Source: Mobula hypostoma (Eukaryota). Taken from it: DNA of 64,000 bases. Below are positions 1 to 13,242 of the stretch, piece by piece (the first letter of the stretch is position 1; each line of letters begins with the position of its first letter). Where the stretch lies: contig NC_086097.1 of NCBI RefSeq assembly GCF_963921235.1, forward strand, positions 24,864,001-24,928,000. The letters are read 5' to 3'. The notes under the pieces were generated by a model. The model saw only the letters and a program-made list of their open reading frames with translations, searched no databases and was not told the origin of the DNA. The translations under genes were made by a program, and so were the position numbers.

Positions 1-305
1 GAGGCTGCCTGGGATTACCTGGAGAAACAGAAGCAAGCCTGGAGACAGCCAAAGTCTGCAGCAAGTTTTCCAAGATGCTTAGAACAACACACCAGCCAAT
101 TTTCTGATAAAAAATGCATGACAGTCTACCGAAGAGAATTGATGCAGTTTTAAATGCAAAGACGTCAAATATTGATTTTACTTGTTCACAGTTTACTGCT
201 CCTTGTAGTAACTTTTTGATGTTTAGAAACTTCTCATTTCATTATTTTTGAAAGCATCTTTGCTTTACAGAATTTTCTTTACATGTGCCAAAGATTTTTC
301 TACAG
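1..305 (+). mobile_element. Tc1-like DNA transposon, 3' remnant (transposase C-terminus and right end)
   Basis: Frameshifted translation EAAWDYLEKQKQ..RQPKS...DSLPKRIDAVLNAK matches the Tc1 transposase C-terminal pattern (IExxW...SxPxRxxAVxxAKG); followed by an AT-rich terminal region. Confidence 0.75.
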
Positions 306-650
306 AACAGTAGAAGCAGAATTAGGCCATTTGTTCTGCTCTGCCATTCTGTCATAGCTAGGATCCTCCCACTGGAATACATATGCAGCTTTAGGATGTA
401 CCTATCCTGCACCTTCCAAAATGCCCCCAGAAGCTCCAGCCACTGCTGTTCTGCCGTCATCCCTGTTAGTTTCCCTTTCCAATCTACTTTGGCCAGCTTC
501 TCTCTCGTGTCTCTGTATTTCCCTTTACTCCACCGTAATACTAATACATCTGATTTTAGCTTCTCCCTCTCAAATTGCAGGGTGAAGTCCATCATATTAT
601 GATCACTGTCTCCCAAGTGTTCCTTTACCTTAAACTCCCAATCAATATCC
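306..650 (-). mobile_element. CR1 LINE fragments (end of APE endonuclease plus a 3'-end piece)
   Basis: ORF 242..688(-) contains EHLGDSDHNMMDF (endonuclease SDH motif); 306-355 resembles the CR1 3' ends seen elsewhere in the window. Confidence 0.75.
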
Positions 651-3616
651 TGAAGTGAGAGGGTAAGCAGCCAGAGGTCGTGGTACATATTGGTACCAAC
701 GATGTAGGTAGAAAAAGGGTGGAGGTTCTGAAAGCAGACGACAGGGAGTTAGGAAGGAAGCTGAGAAGCAGGACCTTAAAGGTAGTTATCTCAGGTTTGC
801 TGCTTGTGCCACATGACAGTGAGTATAGGAATAGAAAGAGGTGGTGGATAAATGTGTGGCTGAAGGATTGAAGCAGGGAGCAGGGATTCAGATTTCTGGA
901 TCATTGGGACCTCTTCTGGGGCAGGTGTGACCTGTACAAAAAGGACGGGTTGCACTTGAATCCGAGGGGGGCCAATATCCTGGTTGGGAGGTTTGGTAAT
1001 GCTATTGGGGAGGGTTTAAACTAGATTTGCAGGGGGGTGGGAACTGAATTGAAGAGGCAGAGGATGGGGCTGTTGGCACACAAGTAGAAACAGCTTGTAG
1101 GGAGTTTGTGAGGAAGGACAGGCAGATGATAGGGCAAAGATGCACTCAGCCTGATGGTTTGAGATGTGTCTATTTTAATGAAAGAAGTATCATAAACGAG
1201 GTGGATGAACTTAGAGCGTGGATCCATATGTGGAACTATGACATTGTGACCATTACAGAGCTTGGAAGTCTCAGGGGCAGGAATGGTGGCTGAGTTTGCC
1301 AGACTTTAGATGTTCAAAAAGGACAGGGAGGGAGGCAAAAGAGGTCTGCAGAAAAGCAGAAAATCATGGAGGGATTATCTACTGAGTCAGTGTGGGTGGA
1401 AATTAGAAACAGGAAGGGGGAAATAGCTCTACAGGATGTTTTTTATTGACCTCTCAATAGTAACAGCGAGGAGCAGATGGGGAGGCAGATTATGGAATGG
1501 TGTGATAATAATAAGCTTGTTGTGATGGTATTTTAACTTTCCTAATATTGATTGGCATCTCCTTAGAATGAGGGGTTCAGATAGGGTGGAGTTTATTGGG
1601 TGTGTTCAGGAAGGTTTCCTGACACAATATGTAGATAAGCCAACTAGAGAGAGGTTGTACCTGATCTGGTATAGGGAAATGGACCTGGTCAGGTGTCAGA
1701 TCTCTCTGTGGGAGAGCATTTTGAGGGTAGGATCACAACCCTATCTTCTTTACCATATCGCTGGAGAGGGATAGGAGCAAACAATTTGGGAAAACATTTA
1801 ATTGGGGTAGGGGGAAATATGATGCTATTAGGCAAGAATTTGGAAGCATAAATTGGGAACAGACGTTTTCAGGGAAATGCATGGCAGAAATGTGACAAAT
1901 GTTCAGGGAACATCTGCATGGCGTTCTGCATAGGTCTCTTCCATTGATGCAGGGAAAGGATGGTAGGGTAAAAGAACCATTGTGTACAAAGGATGTAGCA
2001 AATCTAATTAAGAAGAAAAGAAAAGCTTACAAAAGGTCAAGAAACTAGATTCCGATAGAGTTCTAGAAAATTACAAGATTGCCAGGAAGGAGCTGAAGAA
2101 TGAAATTAGGAGAGCTAGAAGGGGCCATGAGAAGGCCTTGGCGAGCAGGATTAAGGAAAACACCAAGGCATTCTACAAGTGTGTGAAGAGAAAGAGGATA
2201 AGCCTTTTGAGAATAGGACCAATCAGATGCAATAGTGGAAAGGTGTGCGTGGAGTTGGAGGAGATAGCGAAGGTACTTAATGAGTACTTTGCTTCAATAT
2301 TCACCAGGGAAAAGGACCTTGGTAATTGTAGGGATGACTTACAGTGGACTGAAATGCTTGAGCATATAGACATTAAGAAAGAGAATGTGCTGGAGCTTTT
2401 GAAAAGCATTAAGTTAGATAAGTCACCGGGACCAGACGAGATATACTCCAGGCTACTGTTAAAAGCAAGGGAGGAGATTGCTGAGCCCCTGGCAATGATC
2501 TTTGCATTATTCACAGGGAGGGACAGGAGAAGTACCGGAAGATTGGAGAGATGCAAATGTTGTTCCTTTGTTCAAGAAAGGGAGTAGGGATAACCCAGGA
2601 AATTATAGACCAGTGTGTCTTACTTCTGTGGTGGGCAAGTTCTTGGAGAAGATCCTGAAAGGCAGGATTTATGAGCATTTGGATAGACATAATCTGATTA
2701 GGGATAGTCAGCATGACTTTGTCAAGGGCAGGTCGTGCCTTTCGAGCCTGATAGAATTCTTTGAGGATGTAACAAAACACATTGATGAAATTAGAGCAGT
2801 GGATGTAGTGTATATGGGTTTCACTAAGACATTTGCTAAGGTTCCCCATGCAAGGCTCATTCAGAAAGTAATGAGGCATGGGATCCAAGGAGACCTTGCT
2901 TTGTGGATCCAGAATTGGCTTGCCCACAGAAGGCAAAGCGTGATTGTAGATGGCTCGTATTCTCCATGGAGGTCAGTGACTAGTGGTGTTCCTCCTCATT
3001 GTGATTTTTATAAATGATCTATATGAAGAAGTAGAAGGGTGGGTTAGTAAGTTTGCTCATGACGCAAAGGTTGGGGGTGCCATGGATAGTCTGAAGGGTT
3101 GTCAGAGGTTACAGTGTGACATCAATAGGATGCAGAACTGGGCTAAGAAGTGGCAGATAGAGCTTAATCAGACAAGTGTGAAATAGTTCATTTCGGTAGA
3201 TCAAGTTTGAAGACAGAATATAATATTAATGGTAAGACTCTTGACAGTGTGGAGAATCTGAGCGTTCTTGGGGTCCGTATCCATAGGACACTCAAAACCG
3301 CTACACAGGTTGACAGTGTTGTTAAGAAGGCATATGGTGTGTTGGCATTCATCAACCGTGGAACTGAGTTCAAGAGCCATGAGGTAATGTTACAGCTATA
3401 TAAGACCCAGGGCAGACCCCACTTGGAGTACTGTGTTCAGTTCTGGTCACCTCACTACAGGAAGGATGTGGATACTATAGAGAGAGTGCAGAGAAGATTT
3501 ACAAGGATGTCGCCTGGATTGGACAGCACGCCTTATGACAATAGTTTGAGTGAACTTAGCCTTTTCTCCTTGTTGGTACTGAGGATGAGAGGTGACCTGT
3601 TAGAGGGGTATAAGAT

Positions 3617-4848
3617 CAGAGGTCCCCAACCTTTTTTGCAGTGCGGACCGGTTTCATAATGACAATATTCTTGCGGACCGGCCGACCGGAGGGTGGGGGG
3701 TGGGGGGGGTAATGGTTGCCAACGGACAAGAGTACAGTAGCAGTCGAATACGTTGTGTTTACCCCGATAAAACTACAATGACCATGAAACCTTGCGCGGG
3801 CACCAGTGCGCATGCGTGACCTGCGTATGCGTGCACGTGCCTTTTTTTGCTACAAATCGTTTTTGGCGATTCTGTTCGGGGGGAGGGCGCTGTTAATCAC
3901 GACCGGAATATCGGTGATAAGTGGCTAATACACACAATTTCGTTTCTAAAAGGGTTTATCTAACGAATTTAATATTAAACGCACAGCGCATATTTTCCTC
4001 GCATGAATATAGCGATAAGTCAATTATCAGGGGAGGACAGGGGGGCTTGAAATACGTGTTGAACGAACTCCCAGTAGAAGTGGCAGAAGCAGGTTCGATA
4101 TTATCACTTAAAGTTAAATTGGATAGGAATGTAGACAGGAAAGGAATGGGGAGTTACGGGTTGAGTGCACGTCGGTGGGACTTGGTGAGAGTAGCGTTCG
4201 GCACGGACTAGAAGGGCAGAGATGGCCTGTTTCCGTGCTGTAATTGTTATATGGTTATATAAGTAAGTCAATAGCACCATAACATTTTAAGTAACGTTTG
4301 GATATTAAACACACAGCGCATATTTTCCCCGTAAGAACAGAAAAAAATCATTGCAACACATGAATATCGCTGAATCAGTGGGAGCCCTGGGCTTGTTTTC
4401 CTGCAACAAGACGGTGCCATCGAGGGGTGATGGGAGACAGCGATACTCGAATGGGTTCCTTATGTCCAGTCTATTCCGCAATTTAGTTTCTGTTACATTC
4501 ATCGCAGAGATAAGTTGGAAATGGAAGCAACGTGTTCAGTGCTTTCGTCGCTGTCTCAGGATATTCGCCCTTGACTTTGATCCAGAATGCCAGCAGAGAT
4601 GTTATGTCAAACATAATTTTCAGCCCGTCATCATTTGCAAACTCGAGGAGTTGATCTTCTTCCCGCGCTGACATGAATGACGCGCGGGTAATGACCTCGC
4701 GTGCGTTCAAGCTCAACAGTCCGCGTGACAGGGAATGAGGAAAGGTGCAGCTGACTCCTATCGCCAAATCATATCGTTTCCTCACGGCCCGGTAGCGCTT
4801 TCCTTACGGCCGGGTACCGGTCCGCGGCCCGGTGGTTGAGGACCGCTG
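3617..4848 (-). mobile_element. Non-autonomous hAT (Charlie/Buster-type) DNA transposon retaining the transposase C-terminus
   Basis: TIRs cagaggtccccaacc / ggttgaggaccgctg; exact 8-bp TSD tataagat at 3609-3616 and 4849-4856; minus-strand FWIKVKGEYPETATKALNTLLPFPTYLC...TKLRNRLDI...KQAQGSH (hAT dimerisation domain). Confidence 0.95.
4058..4260 (+). mobile_element. CR1 3'-terminal fragment nested inside the hAT element
   Basis: LNELPVEVAEAGSILSLKVKLDR ORF2 end followed by the typical 3' UTR ggcctgtttccgtgctgtaa. Confidence 0.85.
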
Positions 4849-6029
4849 TATAAGATGATGAGAAGCATTGATTGTGTGGATAGCCAGAGGCTTTTTCCTA
4901 GGGCTGGAATAGCAAATACAAGGGGGCATTGTTTTAAGGCGCTTGGAAGCACCTACCGAAGGAATGTCAGGGGTGAGCTTATCACACAGAGAGTGGTGGG
5001 TACGTTGAATTCACTGCCAGCGGCAGTGGTGGAGATGGATACAATAGGGTCTTTTAAGAGACTCTTGATGGGCACATGGAGGTTTGAAAAATAGAGGGCT
5101 ATGTGGTAGGGTAATTCTAGGCAATCTCTAGAGTAGGTTACATGGTCCCCACAACACTGTGGGCCAAAGGGCCTGTAATGTGCTATAGATTTCCATGTTT
5201 TATGCTCTATGTTGATTACACAGCCCCCAACCCAGAGTTGCCTTCCCCTAGTGGACTCAACCACAAGCTGCTCTGAAATGCCATCTTGTAGCCATTATAC
5301 AAATTCCCTCTCTTGGGATCCACTACCAACCTGATTTTCCCAGTCTTCCTGCATATTGTAATTTGTAACCCATGTCATAGCTATTTTTCAGAGCCCTGAT
5401 GTTCAGGATGTTTTTTACGCTTGTAGTTTCTTAACCCTACCCAAAAAGATTCCACATCTTCCGATCCTACATCACCTCTTTCTAAGGCCCAGAAGGGCTT
5501 ATTCAGCACTGTATCTCAATAAATAAATAAATCAAAAGTACTTGGTATATTTTATTCTATATATTGTTTGGTTTTTACTTATGATTTTTAATTTTGTCTC
5601 GTATTTTATGCCTACATTGATTTATGTTTACAATCTATGTAAAGCACTTTGAGCCTGCTCCTTAATGTGTGGAAGATGCTATATAAACAGTTATATTATT
5701 ATTATTATGATTATTATTATGTAATTCAAAGGAAGCACTGTCAACCAAAGGTATTGTAGCAAGTTATATCACTATAACATTAAAACTGTATTGAATCACT
5801 TACTGATCTTAAGGATATAAAAATGTGATGTACTTTTGGATCTGTGAGTCTCTACCTAGAGGACCTCCAGAAGAATGCCTGCTTGCTTTGATGAGTAAAG
5901 ATTTTTATATCACCAACTTCAGTGTCTCTCTGGTGACTTTGATCACAGTCACAACACTTTCTATTGTCCTTTGATGAAAATTGTTCAGGGTTGACAGGGA
6001 CATGCCCAATTTCTTTGGCCTTCTGAAAA

Positions 6030-6345
6030 TACTGAATGCAGTAGACCAGGTTAGAAGAGGCACAGGTGAACCGCTGCTTCACCTAGATGGACTAACTAGG
6101 ATGGTGGTAGGATCTGTTGGATGTGGTGACTGGTGGAGTGAATGGTAAGGACCAGGGAAACTCTCTCGGGTGTTGTACCTCCTGTACTTACAGGGAAAAG
6201 TGCCAGCACACAGGGAGAATGGGTGGTGAGGGATGAGTGGACCAGTGGATCACAGAGAGAATGGATCCTGTGGACATGACTGGTGATAGGATCACGCCAG
6301 AGCTGAGGGCAGTGGCAGAAGATGACATTTTGCAGGCGGAGGTTG
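6030..6345 (-). mobile_element. Penelope-like element fragment (GIY-YIG region)
   Basis: KQRFTCASSNLVYCIQ at the start of ORF 5852..6082(-) matches the GIY-YIG N-terminal motif of the other Penelope copies. Confidence 0.65.
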
Positions 6346-7041
6346 ATGGAATCATAGATTCATTGAGCACTACAGCACAGAAACAGACCCTTTGACTCAT
6401 CTAGTCTGTATGAACTGTTATTCTGCCTAGTATCATCTACCCACATCTGGAATAGCCCTCCATACTCCTCCCGTCCATGTACAGTACTTATACAAACTTC
6501 TCTTAAATGTTGCAAGCAAACATGCATCCACCACTTCCACACAGCACATTCCACACTCACACCACCCTCAGAGTGAAGGAATTAACCTTTCACCCTTAAC
6601 ATACGACCTTTAGTTCTCATCTCAACTAACCTCAGTGGGAAAAAAACTGCTTGCATTTAGCATATCTAAAGCCCTCATAATTTTGTGTACCTCTGTCAGA
6701 TCTCCCCTCGTTCTCCTACACAACAGAGAATAAAGTCCTCACCTATTAAACGTTTCCCTGTAACTCAGGTTCTCAAGTCTCAGCAACATCCTTGTAAATT
6801 TTCTCTGTACTCTTTCAAACTTATTGCTATCTTTCTGAAGGTAGTTAACCAGAATTGCACACAATATTCCAAATTTGACCTCACCACTGTCTTATAAAAC
6901 TTCAATATAGCATCCCAACTCCCGCACTTAATACTCTGATTTATAAAAGCCAACATGCCAAAAGCTCTCTTTATGATTCTATCCATCTACAAAACTACTT
7001 TTATGGAATTACGGATCTGTATTCCCGGATTCCTTTGTTCT

Positions 7042-10000
7042 TTTCTTTTCTTTTTAAATCTTTTTATTAATTTTCAAAATTATAAACTCAATAACAAAGT
7101 TGATACAAAGAGATTGGAATAATCTCAATCAGCATATACAAAAGGGATTTTTAGTTAACAGATATAAAAGACTTCCAAACTCATAATGAAATTAGTCATA
7201 AAAAGAAGAAAGAAAAAGAAAAAAAAAATATATATATAAAAACAAAGAAAAATCCCCAAAAGAAAAAGAGAAAAAAAAACCCCAAATAAAGAACAAAACA
7301 GGGCTAGACCAATATCTTGTATCAGACACGTTCAGTAATGTCGTTAACTCTGCTCCTCTAATCATATAATTTAAGTTTAAAAAAAAAGATTCGGAAAGGT
7401 CAGATTACATCAGATGAAAATGTTGCATAAAAGGTTTCCAAGTTTTTTCAAATTTAACCAAAGGGTCAAAAATATCACGTCTAATTTTTTTCTAAATTTA
7501 AACTTAATATAGTTTGAGAAAACCATTGGAATGTAGTTGGAGGATTGACTTCCTTCCAGTTCAACAAAATAGATCTTCTCACCATTAAAATAACAAATGC
7601 TATCATCCGACAGGCTGAAGAAGACAAGGATCTATGTTCTACCACTGGCAATCCGAAAATTGCCATAATAGGATGGGGTTTTAGATGGAAGCATAGAACT
7701 GTTGAAACAATATCAAAAATATCTTTCCAGTATTTTTCCAAAAGGGGACAAGACCAAAACATATGAGTTAAAGAAGCCACTTCAGAGTGACATCTATCAC
7801 AAGTAGGATTTATATGGGAATAAAAACATGCTAGTTTATCTTTGGACATATGGGCTCTGTGTACTACTTTAGATTGTATTAATGTATGTTTAGCACATAT
7901 AGAAGAAGTACTAACTAATTGAAAAAAATTTTTCCCATTTCTCTATAGGTAAACAAGGTTGAAGTTCCCTTTCCCATTCATTTTTAATTTTATCAGATAT
8001 ACCTGGCTGTAATTTCATAATTATATCATAAATAATTGCTATTAATCCCTTCTGCAAAGGATTTAAACCTAAAATTTTATCAATAATGCCAGTAGGATTT
8101 GAATTTGGAAAGGTGGACAATGTAGTATTTTAGAAATTTCTTATTTGTAAGTATCTAAAAAAAATGGAATCTAGGCAAATCAAATTTCTCAGATAACTAC
8201 TCAAAAGACATAAAACAGTTATCCAGAAATAAATCACGAAAACATATTATACCTTTCGTTTTCCATATCGAAAAGGCTTGGTCCATTACAGAGGGTTGAA
8301 AAAAGAAATTAGATATAATAGGACTTGATAACATAAATTCATTCAAGCCAAAAAATTTACGAAATTGAAACCATATTCGCAATGTATGTTTAACTATAGG
8401 GTTAAACATTTGTTTATTCAATTTAGATAGTGCAAAAGGCAGTGAAGTTCCTAAAATGGAAGCTAAAGAAAACCCCTGTACAGAGTGGCCTTCAAGGTTT
8501 ACCCAGTATGGGCTTGGAGTTATATTCCAATCTTGCGTCCAAAATATTAAATATCAAATATTAATTGCCCAATAATAAAATCTTAGGTTAGGCAATGCCA
8601 AACCACCCTCTTTCTTAGATTTCTGTATGTATTTTTTACTTAATCTGGGATTTTTATTTTGCCATATATAAGACGAGATTTTAGAATCAATAGTATCAAA
8701 AAAAATTTAGGAATAAAAATTGGTATCGTTTGAAATAAATACAAAAATTTAGGTAAAATAATCATTTTAATAGCATTGATTCGGCCAATCAATGATAGAG
8801 ACAATGGGGATCACTTAGCAATCAGTTGTTTAACCTGATTAATTAATGGTAAGAAGTTAAAATTGAATAGATCCTTATGTCTCTCAGTAATTTTAACTCC
8901 TAAATAAGTAAAATAGTCAGTAGTCACTCTAAATGGAGAATTTCTCTAAGTGGGAACCTGCATATTTAATAGAAAGAGTTCACTCTTACCTAGGTTCAAT
9001 TTATAACCAGAAAAACTACTAAGCTAAGCAAGCAAAGTTAATACTGCCGGAATAGATTTCCCTGGGTTAGAAATATATAGTAGATCATCTGCAAATAGTG
9101 ATAATTTATGAATCTCATTTCCACGGGTAATGCCAAATATATTAGGGGAGTCATGAATGGCTATAGCTAGCGCTTCCAAAGCAATATCAAATAGTAATGG
9201 ACTGAGAGGACAGCTCTGCCTAGCACCACGGAATAGATGAAAAAGAGGGGATCTTTGATTGTTAGTAAATACCGAAGCCACAGGGGTAAGATACATCAGT
9301 TTAATCCAAGATATGAATATCGAACTAAAATTAAATTTCTCAAGGGTGTTAAATAAAAATGTTCATTCAACTCTGTCAAAAACTTTCTCAGCATCCAATG
9401 AAATAACACATTCTGGAATTTTGGGTGAAGGCATATAAACAATATTCATTAATCTCCTAATATTAAAAAAAGAGTAACGATTTTTAATAAATCCAGTCTG
9501 ATCAGCAGAAATAATTTGTAATATATTCTCTAACCTCATTGCCAATATTTTAGAAGAAATCTTAGAATCCACATTCAGCAAAGATATAGACCTATAAGAT
9601 GCACATTCAGTAGGATCTTTATCTTTTTTAAGAATTAGGGAAGTAGAAGCTCGATAAAAAGATTGTGGTAATTTACCTATAGATACTGCATCCCTAAAAA
9701 CACTACATAGCCAAGGAGTCAGTGTAGTAGAGAAAAACTTTAAAAATTTTACTGTAAACCCGTCTGGGCCAGGTGCTTTACCTGAGTTCATTGAAAAAAT
9801 AGCATTCTTTATTTCCTCTACTGTAATAGGTACATTTAGTTTTGAATGTTCATTAGATGATAATTTTGGAATATTCAATTTCTTAAAAAATTCATGCATT
9901 ATAGTAGAGTCATCAAGAAATTCTGATTGATATAAGGAGGTATAAAATTCTTGAAAGGATTTATTAGTCAACTGTCAAATTGCCATCTTGTTTATGAATC

Positions 10001-10560
10001 TTAAGAATCTGTCGTTTAACCAAGGCCGATTTCAATTGATTAGCTAAAAGTTTCCCAGTTTTATCACCATGTATATAAAATTGACTCTTAGTTTTGATTA
10101 ACTGACTTTCAATCAAAGATGATAATAAGAAATTGTGTTCCATTTGAAGTTCAACTCTCTGTTTATAAAGTTCCTGATTAGGAGCTATAGAATATTTCTT
10201 ATCAACTTCTTTAATCTTGTCAACCAGTTTAAGTATTTCCTCATTAGTTCGCTTTTTTAGTCCAGCAGTATATGAAATAATTTGTCCATGAATATATGCT
10301 TTAAAAGTATCCCAGAGTGTCCGACTGGAAATATCCTCTGTAGAATTCATTGTAAAGGAAAACTTAATCTGTTCTTCAATAAACCTAACAAAGTCTGAAT
10401 CTTGAAGCAAAGTGGTATTAAATCGCCATTGTCTAGAATTAGTAAATGTATCCCTTAAATTAATAAATAATTTCAACGGTGCATGGTCAGAAACAGCAAT
10501 AGAATTATATTTGCAACCAGTAACAAGAGGAATTAATCGAGAGTCGATAAAAAAAAGTCA
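7042..10560 (-). mobile_element. L1-clade LINE, 5'-truncated within the endonuclease, degenerate ORF2
   Basis: SDHAPL and WRFNTTLL (EN end), GKAPGPDGF, YRSISLLNVDSKI, DQTGFIKNR, SLDAEKVFDRVE, GARQSCPLSPLLF, LFADDLL, C-terminal CDRC..HMFWSC; T-rich tail at the left end; 14-bp TSD gattcctttgttct at 7028-7041 and 10561-10574. Confidence 0.95.
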
Positions 10561-10955
10561 GATTCCTTTGTTCTACCGCACTTCTCAGAGTCCTCTCATT
10601 CACTCTGTATGTCCTACCCTGAGTATCCTCCTAAAGTGCAACTTGGGAGCACATACCAGGTAGACAAACATGGTGAACGGTAGGGCACTGAGGAGTCACA
10701 CCTGTCTACGTTAAATTTCATTTGCCAATTTTCAGCCCATTTTTCCAGCTGGTCCAGATTCTGCTGCAAGCTTTGATAGCCTTCCGCGCTGTCCTCTACA
10801 CTTCTAGTCTTGGTGTCATCCACAAATTTGCTGACCCAGTTAACCACATTATCATTCAGATCATTGATATAAGTGACAAACAACAATGGACCCAGCTCCG
10901 ATCACTGGCACTCCACAAGTTACAAGCCTCCAGTCAGAGAGATAACCATCTACTG

Positions 10956-11134
10956 CAGTGGTCCCCAACCTCTGGCCCGCGGACTGATATATTGCCACGA
11001 AGAATGCAGCAGTGCAGCGGTAGTCGGAACGCACCCAGCACATCTTTAAGAAAAAGGCCAAAATAAACAATCTAATTAGGTGCCGCCTGGCACGTAAATG
11101 TCGGCCCAGATCAGAGGTGATGCAATCGGCAATC
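10956..11134. mobile_element. hAT/Charlie-type MITE, one end only
   Basis: Begins cagtggtccccaacc (same TIR type as 3617) and is CpG-rich; no matching right TIR, ending at a Penelope terminal fragment (11135-11178). Confidence 0.7.
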
Positions 11135-12214
11135 TTGCTTGAATTTCCAGCATCTGCAGATTTTCTCATGTTTTCTATCACTTACTAGCTTCCCTTGTGA
11201 AGCCAATGTTGAATCCAATTTACTAATTTATCCAGAATCCAAGCGACTAAACCTTCTAGACCAGTCTCCCATGTGGAACCTTGTCAAAGGCTTCGCTAAA
11301 GAGACCAGGTGTACTCTCTCACTGCCCTGTCTGGAGGCAGAGAATATCAGTACAGAAATGCGTATGAAGATACATTGGTGATGGAAGCGAGGGTTCCTTT
11401 TGGAGAATGGACCTCAGTGTAGCCCAGTAAAACAGAGTGGTCTATCCCCGTGCTGGGGGTCCTGAAGTAACATTGACCACCGGCCCCAACATCCCAGAGC
11501 AAAGTGCAACAACATCTTGTTTATTGTGTTGCCACCGTTGAAATGTAAGAAAAATAGCAAACTATGTGTGAGCTTTAAGCACCTTGAAGTAGCAAGTGAT
11601 AATCTTTGTCTGATGTGTCCTTTATCAGTAGATTTTCTCATCCATTATACAGCAAGTTTTCTGCCGATTGTTCGCTCTATCTATTGTGAAGCGTCTCAGT
11701 TGGATTCCTGATCTATTTTGCTATTCATCCGTTGTGTTTGTTATCCATTGTTTTCTCATTGTTTATTAATTGTTACCAGATGATTGCGTTCTTTATTCCC
11801 ACCTAATACATTCCTTATCTGTCATATTACTTTGTTCCTTATCTGTTGTTTCTAATATGGTTCCTCTTCATTATGCTCCTTTCTATTCAGTTCTTTCTTT
11901 GCATTGCTTATCTACCGTGTCCTTTATCGGTTGTATTCCTTATCTATCATGTGTTGTATTAATTGCATTCAGAATCAGACTCAGGTTTATTATCACTAAC
12001 ATATGTTGTGAAATTTGGCATTTTCTGACAGCAGTACAGTACAATGCATCAAAAATTACTCAGTTACAATAAGAAATATATTAAAAATATAAATAATATG
12101 CAAAAAGAGAGCAAAACGTGAGCTTGCGTTAATTCAGAAATTGGATTGCAAAAAGGAAGAAGCAGTTCCTAAAACAGTGGGAGTGTGCCTCCTGCCCTTC
12201 CTTCCTTTTCTCTA

Positions 12215-12606
12215 AGGACCAGCAGCTTGTCTGGTGGATGGACTTGTGAGTTCTCGAGATCCCAAGAGTGATGCTGTCCTGGGGTTTAGTTCCTGGTAGG
12301 GTCACCCATGGCGGTAAGATCAAGGGGGAGGTTTCAACAAAGAGTGGTCCAACCAAGACCTCAGCAGTGAAGCTGGCAGAAGACAATAACACATCACAAC
12401 AACAGTGAGGGGGGAGGAAGGTTGTAGCAGTGAAGGGTCGTCAGTCATCTTGCATTCCATGCCACTGGAGCCTGACCCTGATCTGCCAAGGGCAGCATTG
12501 CGACCGGCCATGCATCAATCTACCACATTAAACAAAGTCACATACTGGCATTCTTCATTAAGGGAATAACCCCTTGGGAGGGCATCATACTTGCCTCGAC
12601 CGATCA
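12215..12606 (+). mobile_element. RTE-clade (Expander/Rex3-like) 5'-region-derived non-autonomous element, copy 1
   Basis: ggtagggtcacccatggcggtaagatcaagggggagg motif typical of RTE 5' UTRs; collinear with 24425-24870. Confidence 0.65.
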
Positions 12607-12927
12607 CACAATTACGACTAGAAGCAGGGATGTCCTGGGTGGTGGGTGTCCTTAATGATGGACGCCACCTTCTTGAAGCGTTGCATATTTTGAAGATGTC
12701 CTCGATGATGACCTCATTGAAATAATGTGATGATCTTTTACTTCTACCTGAGTCGGCTGTTGAGACTTCAACTGAGGGTCTCACCAGAGCACTGTACACC
12801 CCCTGATACCCTCAACACATCTCATGGTACAGCATCCACTCAATATAGTACCAATGGCAGTTCATCACTCCATTACATCTACTATCACCTATCTAAATTC
12901 TGGATCTCTAAGGATTGGCAATAATCT

Positions 12928-13146
12928 TATTTATTTGGAGGTACAGCATGGAATTGGCCCTTCTGGCCCTTTGAGCTGGCCCAATTTACAAGGACCAATT
13001 AACCTACTTGTTGAATCTTTGGACTGTGAAAGGAAACCGGAGAAAGCCCACGCATTCCACAGGGAGAATGTACAGAGACTCCTTGCGGAGGACGCCAGAT
13101 TGAATTCCATACTCTGAGAACCCAAGCTGTAATAGTGTTGCGCTCA
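12928..13146 (-). mobile_element. HE1-like tRNA-derived SINE (further copies or fragments near 22330-22602, 44030-44150, 45690-45830, 49140-49310, 54745-54930)
   Basis: Shared core ccggtttcctcccacagtccaaaga...ggttaattggtc on the element strand, recurring through the window. Confidence 0.7.
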
Positions 13147-13204
13147 ACACACACAAAATGCCGGAGGAACTCAGCAGGCCAGGCAGCATCTATGGAAAAG
13201 AGTA

Positions 13205-13242
13205 CAGTCGATGTTTCAGACCAAGACTCTTCAGCAGGACTG
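13205..13242 (-). ncRNA. Minimal hammerhead ribozyme motif in a Penelope pLTR (degenerate)
   Basis: Minus strand reads cagtc CTGCTGA agagtcttggtct GAAAC ATC gactg; stem I is intact, one core position deviates from CUGANGA. Confidence 0.7.

Larger units (their letters stand above)
651..5212 (+). mobile_element. CR1 LINE, near full length and degenerate (ORF1 SGNH esterase C-half, ORF2 EN-RT, 3' UTR); interrupted by hAT at 3617-4848
   Basis: VHIGTNDVG esterase block (680-); KSPGPDEIY, NYRPVCLTSVVGK, FVKGRSCLSSL, SKFAHDAK (decayed FADD), RPHLEYCVQFWSPH; ORF2 resumes after 4856. Confidence 0.95.
6352..11300 (-). mobile_element. CR1 LINE (RT to 3' end), interrupted by L1 (7042-10560) and a hAT/pLTR fragment (10956-11178)
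   Basis: RSNLEYCVQFW (6780..6986-) and YINDLNDNVVNWVSKFVDDTK (10614..10886-); sequence is continuous across the L1 TSD. Confidence 0.9.

Noticed and set aside
5852..6082. Cys-containing ORF as a host exon
   Set aside because: It is a junction of a Penelope GIY-YIG fragment and an out-of-frame Rex1 fragment (KKLGMSLSTLNNFHQRTIESV).
11440..11480. Faint resemblance to the reverse complement of the U2 snRNA 3' end
   Set aside because: Too short and mismatched, and the flanks do not extend the match.
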